The position numbers and the translations under genes are program-made. A stretch of 64,000 bases of DNA, from the NCBI GenBank assembly GCA_000092065.1, contig CP000582.1. One strand, 5' to 3'. The notes below the pieces were generated by a model. It did not search any database and was not told the origin of the DNA. It worked only from the letters and a program-made list of their open reading frames with translations. Source of the stretch: Ostreococcus lucimarinus (lineage: Eukaryota). The number at the start of each line of letters is the position of its first letter. Position 1 is the stretch's first letter. This document shows positions 48,513 through 58,793 of this stretch, piece by piece.

Positions 48513-49259
48513 CGCGCCGACGACGCGATCTCACCGCCCGCGCTCGCCGCGCAGACGCGCAAACGCGCCCCTTCTTTTCGTCCCGCGCGCCTCCCGCGCC
48601 CGGCGTCCCGCGCCCGCGTCGCGCACTCGCGCCGCGCGCCGCGCGCGACGCGCGCGCGTCGATCCCCTCGCGCGCGCGCGCGTCCGACCGACCGCCTCCA
48701 CGTATTCCGCGCGCGAAACGCCCATCAAAGTGGAATCAGAACCGACGAACGCCGATCGTCTCGCGCGATGGCGTTCGCGACGCGCCGAGTACGGCGTTCG
48801 CGACGCGCGTCGCGCGCTAAATTCGCGAGTCCCGCGCGTCGAGTCGCGACCGGTCGCGGGGGCGCGGGCCCCGCGACTCTTTGAATTCTTAGACGTTTCA
48901 GACCTTGAATACGAGATCATCGATCGTTCGGGACTCAACAGCGTGGGACTCCCCATCGGCGCGATTCAAATTCGCCCGTTGGCCGCGCTTCGGTCCCCTC
49001 GCGTCACAGCGCGACGCGACATGTCGTCGCCGGCGAAGGAGAACCCCGCGAGCGGGGACGGTGGCGTCAAGACGCCGTCATCGGTGCGCGCCGCGGGCGA
49101 GCGCGCGATCGCGAGCGCGACGAGATGCGAATCGCGACGACGATGACGACGCGGTTTGATTTGAACGCGCGTCGGATGGACGAATGCGGGGACGACGATG
49201 GCGCGCGCGCGCGCGAACGCGAGACTGACGGAGACGACGAACGGATTCGAACGTAGATA

Positions 49260-52200
49260 TTGAAACGACAGTCGCGATCGGCGCTCGCGGCGTCGCCGTC
49301 GTCGCAGGCGGTGTTCGGGGAGAATGGGTCGGCGGCGCGGTCGACGCGCGCGACGCGCGCCTCGGCGCGAAGAGATTCGTCGGCGAGTCAAGGCGAGGGT
49401 GCGCCGGCGTCGCCGGCGTTCACGAAACGAAAGAAGCAGCGACAGTCGATGGGGCGACGCGTGTCGTTCGCGGATCCGGCGCAGTTGGAGAGCGTGCGAG
49501 AGTTTATTAAGGAGGAGGAGGAACGAGAGAAGAGCGGAGAGTCGTACCAGAGCGGCGCGCAGAGCGAGGGTGTGCCCGCGGGGTTCGGACTCGTGGAAGA
49601 GACGAGCGTGGACGTGATACCCATGGTACAAGGTGATCGCACGGAGACGTTCGAGTTTAAGGCTGCGCAGGAGACTTTGACGACGAACGTCGCGGCGGCG
49701 GGAGAAGGGACGCCGTCGCCGCTCGAGCGTGGCGATGGAGTATCTTTTTCCTTGTCTCCGGTCATCGAGAGCGATGGTGACGCGTCGAATAGCGCCCAAT
49801 TAAATAGTGAGGGGAAGCACACGCCGGGCAAGCGACGCGCGAGCATTGGACGCGTGGCGACGCCGAACTCGGCGGATCAAACGGGGACGTTTACGTTTAA
49901 CGCTTCGCAGAATATGGATGAAGTCACGGGTGAGGTACCGACGATGGGTGCGTTAATCGACGCCGACGACGTGACGGAAAATATCACCGGTGCTGTTCCG
50001 TCGTTGGCGAATCTTTTGAGCGCCGATGAGTCGCCGCTTGGGTACAGACCGACGCCGACGCGGGGCTCCAAGGCGGACGCGACGGAGGACATCACGGGCA
50101 CTGTGCCGTCGCTCGCCGCGCTCGCTGACGAAGACGAGGAACAAAACGCCTCCGCGGCTCAGAGTGATCAAGAAGGTGGTGAGATGGACATGGACATGGG
50201 TAACACCACCGACGGTCTTCCCACGTTCGATCCGTTGGTTGACGCCACGCAACGCGCCGTCGATCAGGCGCACGCGAGCGCGCTCAACTTGGCAAACACT
50301 GTGATGATGGACGAAGCGACGATGGCGTTCACTGTGGGTGCGCCCACGCCTAGTTCCGTCGCGCCCGGTCCGACGCCTTCGTTGACGTTTGCATTCGACG
50401 ATAAGAAGGATAACCGAGCGAGCGTTGGGGCGCCGCCGCCATCCGTCACCGCAAACACGCGACCGTTCAATTTGACCGATTCCACGAATTTGGATTTGCA
50501 GCGCCAAGCCAAGGGTGGCATGGGCACCGATACCTTCAACTACGTCTACGGACCGAACGGTGATATGGTACCGACTGAGGGTACGACCGCGACGCAATCA
50601 GTCGCCGCGCCGCAACCCTCCGCGATGGATTTTCCAACCGCGGAAGTCACGGGTGCTGACGTGCAGGTGGCTGTCGGGGTCACGCCCGCGAATACCGCCG
50701 GTGTCACGGCGACGCCGAACACTGACGGATCCATCGCGAGCTCACACGATGGCTTTACGCCTGGTGACGAGTCTTTGCGCATGGCGGAGCTCTTGCGTCA
50801 AAAGCAGCACGGCGACGAGGCGTTGATGAGCATGAGAAAGGTGTACCAAGATAGAACGACACCGATGCACGGACGTTACGGCGCGCCGCCGGCGATGCAA
50901 GCGTTCACGCCTTCGAGGACGATCACGATGGGTGGTACCAATTTCATGCAGTTTGGTGGTATCGGTACGCCGGGCGCAGCGATGCACAACCCGCTCTTTG
51001 GCACGCCTGGCGGTCACACGGGCACGATGTTGCAAGGCCTCCCCACGTCGCTTCCGCCGATTCCGGACGCCTTGATGCACTCCAAACCGATCGATTTGGA
51101 GACGTTCTTCTACGCTTGTGAGATTTCCTTCATGGAAGCGAAGAACTTAGGACGTCGTTCATCCATTGCCATGGGCGCGCTTGCCACAGCGCCGCCGCCG
51201 GAGACGCAACCCGAAGCTTTGAAGCTGTGTTGCCTGACCGCACCGCTCATCGAAGCGCTGGAAGGGTTCCACGAGCAGCTCCAAGAGCGAATGACGACGC
51301 TCACTAGCGAAACGGACAAGTTGCGATCGACAGTCGAGGCGACGCAGCCGCCATTGTTACGTTACGCCGCGTCCGACGATCCGGCGCACGTCAACGAGTT
51401 GCGTCGTGCGGGCAAGGCGCTGAAAAAGGAATGCCAACTCGCGGCTAAGGAGCGATTCGCGCAGCAGCGATTGGAGACAGAAGAACTCGTGCGCGAAAGT
51501 TTGAACTTCCACAGCGATATCCTGGCGAAGAGCGCGCAAAGCATCGCGAACTCGCGAGCCATCGCGGCGGAGGCGATTTCGAGCGCCAATGGCCACATCA
51601 TCAAGCTCCGGGCGCAGCGAGCGGCGAGCTCTAAGCGTGCTGATGCGGCGAAATCCGCCTCAGCGACCAAGGAACAAGTTTTGGAAGCTCTTGCGATCAA
51701 ACGCGCTGCGATAGCCGCCGCACGTCGCGCTTTAACGACCAGTGATGAAAATTTGGTTCGCATGAAGTCGCGAAAGACGACCATCAAGTCTGAGCGCGAG
51801 CGTTTGCAAGAAGAACTTGACGCCATGCGTGAGGCGCAAGACGCGGCGGCGGACGCGACGGTGAGTTTCAAATCGTTCGGCGGTGTTGACATGGACGACA
51901 CGCCTTCTCGATTACGCAGAGCGAGTCAAGTGAGGCTTCGCGCCAAGGCAAAGAATGCTCAAAGTGCGAGCGAAGAGCTCGGCGTGTTGAGCGGACTCGC
52001 GCCGTGGCGTCTCGAAGGCGTCGGTGGACCGGTGGGGGCGGAACTGACGATGCGTGTCGGTACACTGTTCCGAGTGACGCTCGATGCGAGCACTGGTGCC
52101 GGTCGTGTCACGTTGATCGACGGTCCGGAGACCACGCCGAAGGGTGGACGTCAGTTCGCCGCGGCTTTGGCTGGCGCGCCTATCGCTTGGGACGAAGACG

Positions 52201-52673
52201 CCGTGCCCGCAGGACATGTCGCTGGTGTCTTACAAGAGCTCGCGCCGAAGCTTTCTCGCGCCGAGCGCGTGCTGGAAGAAACTGAAGGATGCCGAAACGA
52301 GTTTCCTCGACTGAATAGAATCAAGTGTAGCCCCAATGGTGTGCTCGAGCTCACCTTCGTCGATTTTGCCAACGAGCGCTTGTTTAGCGTCAAGCTCAAC
52401 ATGATGGGTGGTGCCTATCCCTACGGAGCTCTGAGCCCCGAGGTCACGGTGCAACTCACTGGGAAGAAGGGTGTCAGCGAGTTACCGAGCGTTGAAGCGA
52501 TTCAACGCGCCGTGAACGCCGTGCCCGTCGGACCGCGCCGTTTGACAAACGTGTGCCGCATTTTAGATTCCATAGTCAGCACGGGGAAGAACGCTTTGAC
52601 GTCGTTCGCGTCCATGCCCGCCCCGGCACCGCGAAGACCGTCACACGCACCTTCGCTCCTGTATGCTCGTTAG
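49260..52673 (+). CDS. Large disordered protein with PP1-docking RVSF motif, acidic TG-repeats, C-terminal coiled coil; KNL1/Spc105-like kinetochore scaffold candidate
   Basis: Near the N-terminus is KRKKQRQSMGRRVSFADP, a classical RVxF PP1-docking site positioned as in KNL1. Three degenerate repeats (MDEVTGEVPTMGALIDADD, TENITGAVPSLANLLSADE, TEDITGTVPSLAALADEDE) recall MELT-type motifs. Residues ~700-870 are coiled-coil (LTSETDKLRSTVEAT...ERERLQEELDAMREAQ). The C-terminal ~250 aa could be an RWD-like domain. Assignment is by architecture, not strong identity. Confidence 0.4.
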   Translation: MKRQSRSALAASPSSQAVFGENGSAARSTRATRASARRDSSASQGEGAPASPAFTKRKKQRQSMGRRVSFADPAQLESVREFIKEEEEREKSGESYQSGAQSEGVPAGFGLVEETSVDVIPMVQGDRTETFEFKAAQETLTTNVAAAGEGTPSPLERGDGVSFSLSPVIESDGDASNSAQLNSEGKHTPGKRRASIGRVATPNSADQTGTFTFNASQNMDEVTGEVPTMGALIDADDVTENITGAVPSLANLLSADESPLGYRPTPTRGSKADATEDITGTVPSLAALADEDEEQNASAAQSDQEGGEMDMDMGNTTDGLPTFDPLVDATQRAVDQAHASALNLANTVMMDEATMAFTVGAPTPSSVAPGPTPSLTFAFDDKKDNRASVGAPPPSVTANTRPFNLTDSTNLDLQRQAKGGMGTDTFNYVYGPNGDMVPTEGTTATQSVAAPQPSAMDFPTAEVTGADVQVAVGVTPANTAGVTATPNTDGSIASSHDGFTPGDESLRMAELLRQKQHGDEALMSMRKVYQDRTTPMHGRYGAPPAMQAFTPSRTITMGGTNFMQFGGIGTPGAAMHNPLFGTPGGHTGTMLQGLPTSLPPIPDALMHSKPIDLETFFYACEISFMEAKNLGRRSSIAMGALATAPPPETQPEALKLCCLTAPLIEALEGFHEQLQERMTTLTSETDKLRSTVEATQPPLLRYAASDDPAHVNELRRAGKALKKECQLAAKERFAQQRLETEELVRESLNFHSDILAKSAQSIANSRAIAAEAISSANGHIIKLRAQRAASSKRADAAKSASATKEQVLEALAIKRAAIAAARRALTTSDENLVRMKSRKTTIKSERERLQEELDAMREAQDAAADATVSFKSFGGVDMDDTPSRLRRASQVRLRAKAKNAQSASEELGVLSGLAPWRLEGVGGPVGAELTMRVGTLFRVTLDASTGAGRVTLIDGPETTPKGGRQFAAALAGAPIAWDEDAVPAGHVAGVLQELAPKLSRAERVLEETEGCRNEFPRLNRIKCSPNGVLELTFVDFANERLFSVKLNMMGGAYPYGALSPEVTVQLTGKKGVSELPSVEAIQRAVNAVPVGPRRLTNVCRILDSIVSTGKNALTSFASMPAPAPRRPSHAPSLLYAR

Positions 52674-52707
52674 CTCGTACATTGGTACAATAATCAAATC
52701 AAACATT

Positions 52708-54087
52708 TCACAGACTAAAGCTAGTAGCCGCGCCGTCGAACGCTATACGAAGCTCCGGCGGTGAAGCTGCCGCGACGCGCGCTTCATCACCGTCACCAAT
52801 CGTTCTAAACGCTAAACAGTGCACACTTCGCAGTCGTTCGTAGAGCACGCGATCGAAGCCCAACTGTCGAAGCGCGGCGCGCCATTCGCTAAGGATGGGG
52901 AGGGCTTTATGTCCGCAGTGCCCTTTGTCCGTCGAATGCGGGGTGATGATGAAAAGTAAGCCACCGCCGCGATTTTTCAACGCTAAACGCGCGCGCCGCA
53001 CCATCTCTCCTCGCTGTTTCGGCGTTGGAAGGTAACTTAGAACGAGACTGAACACGACAACGTCCGCGGCGTGCTGCGCGACGGCTTCGAGGCGTCGATC
53101 CGTCACTCTTTGCGCGTTACCAAACTCCACCTTGAGCCAATCGCATTCGTACACCGATGGTACCGATGGCATTAGATCGCACGCAGTCGTCTCTACGCTC
53201 AACCTTCCCGGCCACGGTCCTTTAAAATGCAAATTAAAGTAATCCCAACAAGAGCCGACGTCTAAAATCTTTATCGACGTCCCCGCGGCGGCGCTACGAT
53301 CGGGTGTCCCTCTCGGCCCATCGCTTTCGACGACGTCTCGCATCATCATTTCTATCGTCGCTTTTGACGACGTCATCGCTCGCTTCAACTCTCTCGCGCG
53401 CCGTTTGTTCGCCAGTTGCCACGAAAAGGACGTCGTCGCCGCCTTCAACGACCCTTCGCCATCGCTAAAATACCGCCCCATCGCGTCGACGCACCATTCA
53501 AGCGCGCTCACCACCCACGCGCGATTCCCAACCTCCGTAGCGGCTTCCGCGTACGCGCGCAACGCCGGTTTCTGTTCCACGATCGTTCGTTCCCACGTCT
53601 CGTCGACGTCCTCAGCCTCTCGCGCCGCCGCTCTCAACGCTCGATGATGATTGACGATCACCCCTCGTCGCCACACCGCCCGCGCTCTGTCCCGCGCGCT
53701 CTTCGCCGTCGCGCGCGCGACTTCTCGTCTCAACGCCTCGTCGTCGCCGTTCGTTTTCGCCGCCTCCGCGAAGACGCCCGCGCACCGCGCGCGCCGGTCC
53801 GCCGCCGCGTTCGCCGCCAACGCCTCCGTCGTCTCTCGCACCCGCGCCAGCACCGCCGACCGCGCGCCGTCGTCCGCGCCGTCGTCCAGCGCATCTTTTT
53901 CAGCGACAGCCAGGGCGAAGAGCGCTCGCACGACGCGCTCGCACGACCGCGAATCCCCGAACGAGGCCCCGACGTCGCGCTCGATCTCGCGGCGCTCCTC
54001 CGCGGACGCGCGCTCGAGCGCCGCGCGCGCGGCGCGGCGCAAGCGGCGCGCGCAGTGCGCGAAGAGCGACGCCGGGAGCGCATCCAT
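52708..54087 (-). CDS. BMT2/SAMTOR-family SAM-dependent methyltransferase
   Basis: C-terminal class I MTase: IKILDVGSCWDYF, CDLMPSVPSVYECDWLKV, VVVFSLVLSYLPTPKQRGEMVRRARLALKNRGGGLLFIITPHS. This is the BMT2 family pattern (LVLEYMP...QR, GLLFLVTP). ORF 52708..55005 is trimmed to the Met beginning MDALPAS at 54087; the upstream 900 nt encode Ser/Ala/Phe filler. Confidence 0.55.
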   Translation of the reverse strand: MDALPASLFAHCARRLRRAARAALERASAEERREIERDVGASFGDSRSCERVVRALFALAVAEKDALDDGADDGARSAVLARVRETTEALAANAAADRRARCAGVFAEAAKTNGDDEALRREVARATAKSARDRARAVWRRGVIVNHHRALRAAAREAEDVDETWERTIVEQKPALRAYAEAATEVGNRAWVVSALEWCVDAMGRYFSDGEGSLKAATTSFSWQLANKRRARELKRAMTSSKATIEMMMRDVVESDGPRGTPDRSAAAGTSIKILDVGSCWDYFNLHFKGPWPGRLSVETTACDLMPSVPSVYECDWLKVEFGNAQRVTDRRLEAVAQHAADVVVFSLVLSYLPTPKQRGEMVRRARLALKNRGGGLLFIITPHSTDKGHCGHKALPILSEWRAALRQLGFDRVLYERLRSVHCLAFRTIGDGDEARVAAASPPELRIAFDGAATSFSL

Positions 54088-54211
54088 GGGACACTTCGCG
54101 GCGCGCTGTGACGCCCCGCGCGTCGACGACGACGCGCGAGGCGACGCGCGCGCGTCGGACGCGCGGTATAATAATCGCGACGACGTCGTCGACGCGCGAC
54201 TCGAGCCGGGC

Positions 54212-57004
54212 ATGAAACGCGGGAACGCGGGCGATGGGAAGCGCCGCCGCCGGCTGGGCAAAACGAACAAAGCGCCGCCGCCGCGCGCGCCGGTCGTCGA
54301 ACGCGATGCGAACGACGACTCGGAGAGCGACGTGAGCGATGAGGATGTGAAATTCGTCCGACGGAACGCGGCGTACGCGTCGTTCATCGCGAAAGGGAGC
54401 TTTGAGGAGGAAGAGGGGGGGAAGCGACGGCGAGCGGGACGCGAGCGCGACGCGGACGACGACGATTTGGAGGGGGCGCACGCGCGCGCGTTGGCGGAGA
54501 AACGACGAAAAGTTGAGGAGGAGAAGAAACGGATCGCGAATTTGCCGGATGAGGAGAAACCGATGCGGTTGCCGGTGAAACGATTGGACGGGACGGTGGT
54601 GCGAGACGCGGTGGCGCCGCCAGACGCGCCGGCGAGCGACGAAGAGGAGGCGGGAGGAAGACGGAATGACGCGGACGAGGGCGAGGGACGGTGGAAAAAC
54701 GTTGGCGATGGCGAAGGTAAGGGTTTGGGCAAGAAGGCGCTGGCGAGAGAGATTCGAGAGAGTGATCTTGGGCGGGAGACGACGAAATCAAAGAAGAACG
54801 AAAAGTGGTGGGAAAAGCGCGAGGAGGAAGAAGCCGCGGCGAAGGCGAAGGCGAAGAAGCGCGCAAAGGGAGATTCCGACAGCGCTAGCGACTCAGAAGA
54901 CGCGCGAGCGAACGACCCGGCGATGAAACTCGCGGACAAGCGTCGAGCCGAGCGATTGGCTCTTGAGGCGGAGATGAGCGCAGAGGCGCGACGCGAGAGC
55001 GTCAAGGTACGAATTGCGTCGACGTGTCAGAGCGTCATCGAGGATCCAGAGTCGAAGTGGAAAGAGCTCAAAGACATCGGCACGCTTTGTGAAGACCGAG
55101 ACTCGGAAATCGCTCGATTAGCGTCGCTATCGCTCACCTTGGTCTACCGCGACATTTGCCCGGGCTATCGCATTCGACCTCCGACGGAAAAGGAGTTGTC
55201 CATGAAGGTGAGTAAAGACGTGCTCAAGACGCGCGCTTTCGAGACGGGCTTGCTTGAGCACTACAAGTCGTACGTGAAAATGCTAGTGAGATGCTCTGGG
55301 GCGAAGAAATCTCGCGCACAGCGTGGCAAAGGCGGACCAGATGCGGAGTCTGCGATCAAGTGTTTGTGCGCCTTGCTCATCGGATTGCCGAGCTTCAACT
55401 ATCGCACGGATATTTTATCCGCCATCGTGCCCGTCTTCGATAAGCGAGACACCAGTCACGCGCAGATCGTCACTGATGCTCTGGTTGAGGTCGTGTCTAA
55501 CGACATTCGCGGCGATCTCACGCTCGAGGCGTTGCACATGACGGCGCAGCTCGTGAAGCAGAGTAAATGCAACATTCAGCCGTGCGCGTTTGCGTACTTC
55601 CTCAAGGTTCGCTTCGATGAGGGCATATTAGTGCCTATGGTGCGTGACAGGAAAGAAATTCTTTCTCGTAAGCAGACGTTCAAGAAGAAGCAGGAAGAGC
55701 GTGATAAGATTCGCAGAGCTCGCGCGGAGAAGACGAGGAAGCAACAAGACAAGGAACGCATGAAATCATTCGGGCACGTCGCGGACTCTTCAGACGATAG
55801 CGAAGACGAAGAGGCGGCGTTTCATCGAGATTTAGACGAAGGTTCAGCGGTGATGAGTTTCGGCGAGAAGAAAAAAACGCAGAGTCGATTATTAGAGGCG
55901 ACTTTCGAGATGTACTTTCGCGTATTGAAGAACGCCGCGAGTCCGGCGCCGACGCCCGGGTTGCCGCTCTTGAGCGCCGCGCTCACGGGTTTGGCAAAGT
56001 TCACGCATTTAATCTCCATCGATTTCTTGGGTGATCTCATGGAAGTGTTTAGAAAGTTATTGGCCCAGGAAGACTTGCTCTCGGACGCGCTCAAGGCGCA
56101 AACTTTGCTGACGGCGTGTGAAATTTTGAGCGGTCACGGAGAGGTTTTGCAAGTGGATACCGGGGAATTCTACCGTCAGCTCTATACGATGCTCGGCAAG
56201 CCCAGCGTAGGTGCAGCGGGGTGGCAAGATGGTATGTCTATAACCGATCAACGCGCGCTCAATCACGGCACGCTGCGCGTTCGTGCCATTCAAAAGTTCA
56301 TCGGCGGTTTCAAGCAAGTCGATCAAGCACGCATGGCGGCGTTTTCCAAGCGCCTCACCTCGGCGTCGATCGGCATGGAAGCTGGCGAATGCCTGGGTTC
56401 GCTCGGTGTCGTCCGCCAAATTCTCGCGTCGTATCATCGCGTGCGTAACTTGCTCGAGAACGAGCGGATTGGGAACGGAGTGTTTCAGATGGATTTAGAC
56501 GATCCCGAGCACGCACAAGGCATGTCCGCCGTGCTCTGGGATCTTTGTCTACTTTCGCAACACTACCATCCCACGTGCGCGGCGGCGGCTCACGAGGTTG
56601 CCAATTTACCACTCTCGGGCGCGATAGCTCCACCTCCCGGCTCACACGCCCCGAGCGAGCTCGCAAAGGCGTACTCCACGCTCCGTGGAGACTTCAACCC
56701 GCCGATTCCCGAGCCGCCGACGCAACGCAACAAACCGCGAGCGCCGATCGATCAGAAAAAGTTCGTCGACGCCTACGACGAATCTTTCAAACGGAACGTC
56801 ATCAGTAAGCTCGGCGACACCGTCGACACCGTCGAAGCGCGTGCGTTCCGCCGACATTTCCGTCGCGTTCGAGCGCACGGGGAAAACTTTCGGTTACGAA
56901 GGGAGCGCGACGCCCTCGCGCGAAAAATTAGCGCCATGCGCGCGCACGAGCTCGAAGCCAAGTCGAAGTCGAAATCTAAAAAATCGTCGTCCAAACGCAC
57001 GTAG
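54212..57004 (+). CDS. NOC3: Nucleolar complex protein 3 (NOC3)-like
   Basis: Basic/acidic N-terminus (KRRRRLGKTNKAPPPRAPVVERDANDDSESDVSDED). NOC3 N-domain block: LTLVYRDICPGYRIRPPTEKE...VSKDVLKTRAFETGLLEHYKSYVKML. A large helical-repeat (CBF/Mak21-like) C-terminal region, and a Lys-rich tail (KSKSKSKKSSSKRT). The start is the Met beginning MKRGNAG at 54212. An alternative start at 54086 lies inside a CCATGG shared with the divergent gene. Confidence 0.55.
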   Translation: MKRGNAGDGKRRRRLGKTNKAPPPRAPVVERDANDDSESDVSDEDVKFVRRNAAYASFIAKGSFEEEEGGKRRRAGRERDADDDDLEGAHARALAEKRRKVEEEKKRIANLPDEEKPMRLPVKRLDGTVVRDAVAPPDAPASDEEEAGGRRNDADEGEGRWKNVGDGEGKGLGKKALAREIRESDLGRETTKSKKNEKWWEKREEEEAAAKAKAKKRAKGDSDSASDSEDARANDPAMKLADKRRAERLALEAEMSAEARRESVKVRIASTCQSVIEDPESKWKELKDIGTLCEDRDSEIARLASLSLTLVYRDICPGYRIRPPTEKELSMKVSKDVLKTRAFETGLLEHYKSYVKMLVRCSGAKKSRAQRGKGGPDAESAIKCLCALLIGLPSFNYRTDILSAIVPVFDKRDTSHAQIVTDALVEVVSNDIRGDLTLEALHMTAQLVKQSKCNIQPCAFAYFLKVRFDEGILVPMVRDRKEILSRKQTFKKKQEERDKIRRARAEKTRKQQDKERMKSFGHVADSSDDSEDEEAAFHRDLDEGSAVMSFGEKKKTQSRLLEATFEMYFRVLKNAASPAPTPGLPLLSAALTGLAKFTHLISIDFLGDLMEVFRKLLAQEDLLSDALKAQTLLTACEILSGHGEVLQVDTGEFYRQLYTMLGKPSVGAAGWQDGMSITDQRALNHGTLRVRAIQKFIGGFKQVDQARMAAFSKRLTSASIGMEAGECLGSLGVVRQILASYHRVRNLLENERIGNGVFQMDLDDPEHAQGMSAVLWDLCLLSQHYHPTCAAAAHEVANLPLSGAIAPPPGSHAPSELAKAYSTLRGDFNPPIPEPPTQRNKPRAPIDQKKFVDAYDESFKRNVISKLGDTVDTVEARAFRRHFRRVRAHGENFRLRRERDALARKISAMRAHELEAKSKSKSKKSSSKRT

Positions 57005-57114
57005 GGCGCACGTAGCTATCTCGCCGCCATTGTGATGCAATCGACACGCATTTAGTTCGTCGCGTCGCCTCCGCCTCCGCGCGCTCGAGGTGAACACCCC
57101 GCATTATTTATCGC

Positions 57115-57849
57115 GTGCTGCGCCGACGCCGATTCCGCGCCATGGCGTGGCAATCGCGCGTGCGCGATATGGAACGCGCGTACGAGCAGTCGACGACGTC
57201 GATCGCGACCGCTCGTCGACGCGGCGCGACGAAGTCGCGCGACATTGGTCGCGGCTTGCAGAAAGATTACGTCAATATGATCCGCGACGACGTCGAATCC
57301 GCCTCGGGCGATCGCGCGAAAACGTTCGCGACGAACGGTGTTTCGTCCTCGACCGCCGCGGCCGCGGACTCGGGGACGCCGAGCAAAGATCCAGAGCTAA
57401 AAGTTAGAGACGGCGACGTCGGCGCGAGCGTCGACGACGAGAGCGCGCGCTCTGGGCGCGAAGACGTCCCGGGACTGGATGATTTCGGCCCAGTCGCGGT
57501 AGATGATGATGAAGAACCCGTGCTGACGCGGTTGAAACCGAACGAGGACGTACGGCGGCCGAGTCTGTTGTTGAGGGCGCTAGATTTTTCGCGTCGCGTC
57601 GGCTTGATTGGCGCGTCGATTTTGTTTGGGATATTTCTCGTCTTTGTAGCGATGTCGGTGTACGAAGAGATGCAAACGAGTGGAAACCACGATCCACTGA
57701 GACCGAAGTTCGCGCCGGGGGTTGCGGTGACGGTCGACGAGCGGACGGTGGCTGAGGAAGCGGCGGCGCGAGGCGAGAGCGCGAAGAATGCGTTTTTAGA
57801 CGTCGAACGGGAAGCGGGCGTGGACGGCGCGAGTGCGATGAACACGTAG
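57115..57849 (+). CDS. Hypothetical single-pass membrane protein (tail-anchored-like)
   Basis: A 244-aa ORF, probably starting at the second Met (57142, MAWQSRVRDMERAYEQ). One strongly hydrophobic helix (VGLIGASILFGIFLVFVAMSV) is followed by ~60 aa. The topology is reminiscent of Sec20/Use1-type SNARE-like proteins, but there is no motif-level support. Confidence 0.3.
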   Translation: MLRRRRFRAMAWQSRVRDMERAYEQSTTSIATARRRGATKSRDIGRGLQKDYVNMIRDDVESASGDRAKTFATNGVSSSTAAAADSGTPSKDPELKVRDGDVGASVDDESARSGREDVPGLDDFGPVAVDDDEEPVLTRLKPNEDVRRPSLLLRALDFSRRVGLIGASILFGIFLVFVAMSVYEEMQTSGNHDPLRPKFAPGVAVTVDERTVAEEAAARGESAKNAFLDVEREAGVDGASAMNT

Positions 57850-57926
57850 GATGTAACAATATCATGAATGCGCGTTGTAGTACAGTTGGTTCCCCGATAA
57901 CCGAAACCGAAAGACGGTGTCCTCCG

Positions 57927-58793
57927 TTACGGCGTTCGGCATAGCCAGAAATGTATGAATGGCTGCGCGACGACGACGGCGAGCAACACGTAGTTTTGTG
58001 ACATGCTCTGCGAATAACCGCTGTGTCTCGCCTCGCTGAAGATGATTCGCTTCAAAGTTTTCGCCATGAACACCGCGTTGCACAGCGCAGACCAAATGAG
58101 GAAAAACCAAAACACGTACGTCTTGTTGAACATTTTCGACATGAGCGTCATCGAGCCGTACGTAAAGGTGTACCCGACGTACGCCGCGACGTCGAGAATC
58201 GGCGCCGACACGATGTGGTTCGCCGAGCTCGTCGAACGCAGCGCCACCCAAATAAACGCCGACTCGCCCGCCCACAGCAGCCCGCTCCACCACGCGTGCG
58301 TCGCGAGCGCCTCGGGCGTAAACGAACCGCTCTTGGACGAAAACACTTCGCGAATCGAAGCCGTGAGCACGTACGTCCAGAACGCCATGAGTGGAATGTA
58401 CAAATCCGGCGCGTTGATATCGTTCCGCGGCGGTTTGTACGCCGTGCCTCCCGCCACGCTCTCGGGCAATCGCGCCCACGAACCTTTATGCAAAAACGGA
58501 CACAACACCAATCGCATCTTGTGAAACACGTACGACTCGGTGACGTCGAAGTACGCCCGCATCGACGCCGTGCTGAAATACTTGGCGTAATTCGAACTCA
58601 CGAACGACGCGCCGTCGTTCAAAAACTTCCCTCCGTACACCCCCAATCCCGCCGCGGCTAAGCTCCGCGGACTCGTCGGCGCGCCGAACCCCCCGCCGAA
58701 CCCTCCGCCGAACCCTCCGCCCTGACTCGAGCTCGCCTCGCGCCCCCCCATCCCGTCGTACGCGCCCGGCGCGCGCCCGTACCCCCCGTCCAT
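57927..58793 (-). CDS. YIF1: YIF1 (Yip1-interacting factor) family membrane protein
   Basis: Gly/Phe-rich N-terminus (GGFGGGFGGGFG), then the YIF1 core (YFDVTESYVFHKMRLVLCPFLH, KPPRNDINAPDLYIPLMAFWTYVL) and 4-5 TM helices. Confidence 0.6.
   Translation of the reverse strand: MDGGYGRAPGAYDGMGGREASSSQGGGFGGGFGGGFGAPTSPRSLAAAGLGVYGGKFLNDGASFVSSNYAKYFSTASMRAYFDVTESYVFHKMRLVLCPFLHKGSWARLPESVAGGTAYKPPRNDINAPDLYIPLMAFWTYVLTASIREVFSSKSGSFTPEALATHAWWSGLLWAGESAFIWVALRSTSSANHIVSAPILDVAAYVGYTFTYGSMTLMSKMFNKTYVFWFFLIWSALCNAVFMAKTLKRIIFSEARHSGYSQSMSQNYVLLAVVVAQPFIHFWLCRTP

Noticed and set aside
54088-55005. N-terminal 306 codons of the 765-aa minus ORF (BMT2-like)
   Set aside because: Ser/Ala/Phe homopolymeric filler (SSSRFSHHFSFFFDF...) overlapping the NOC3 coding region on the other strand. 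The methyltransferase start is placed at Met 54087.
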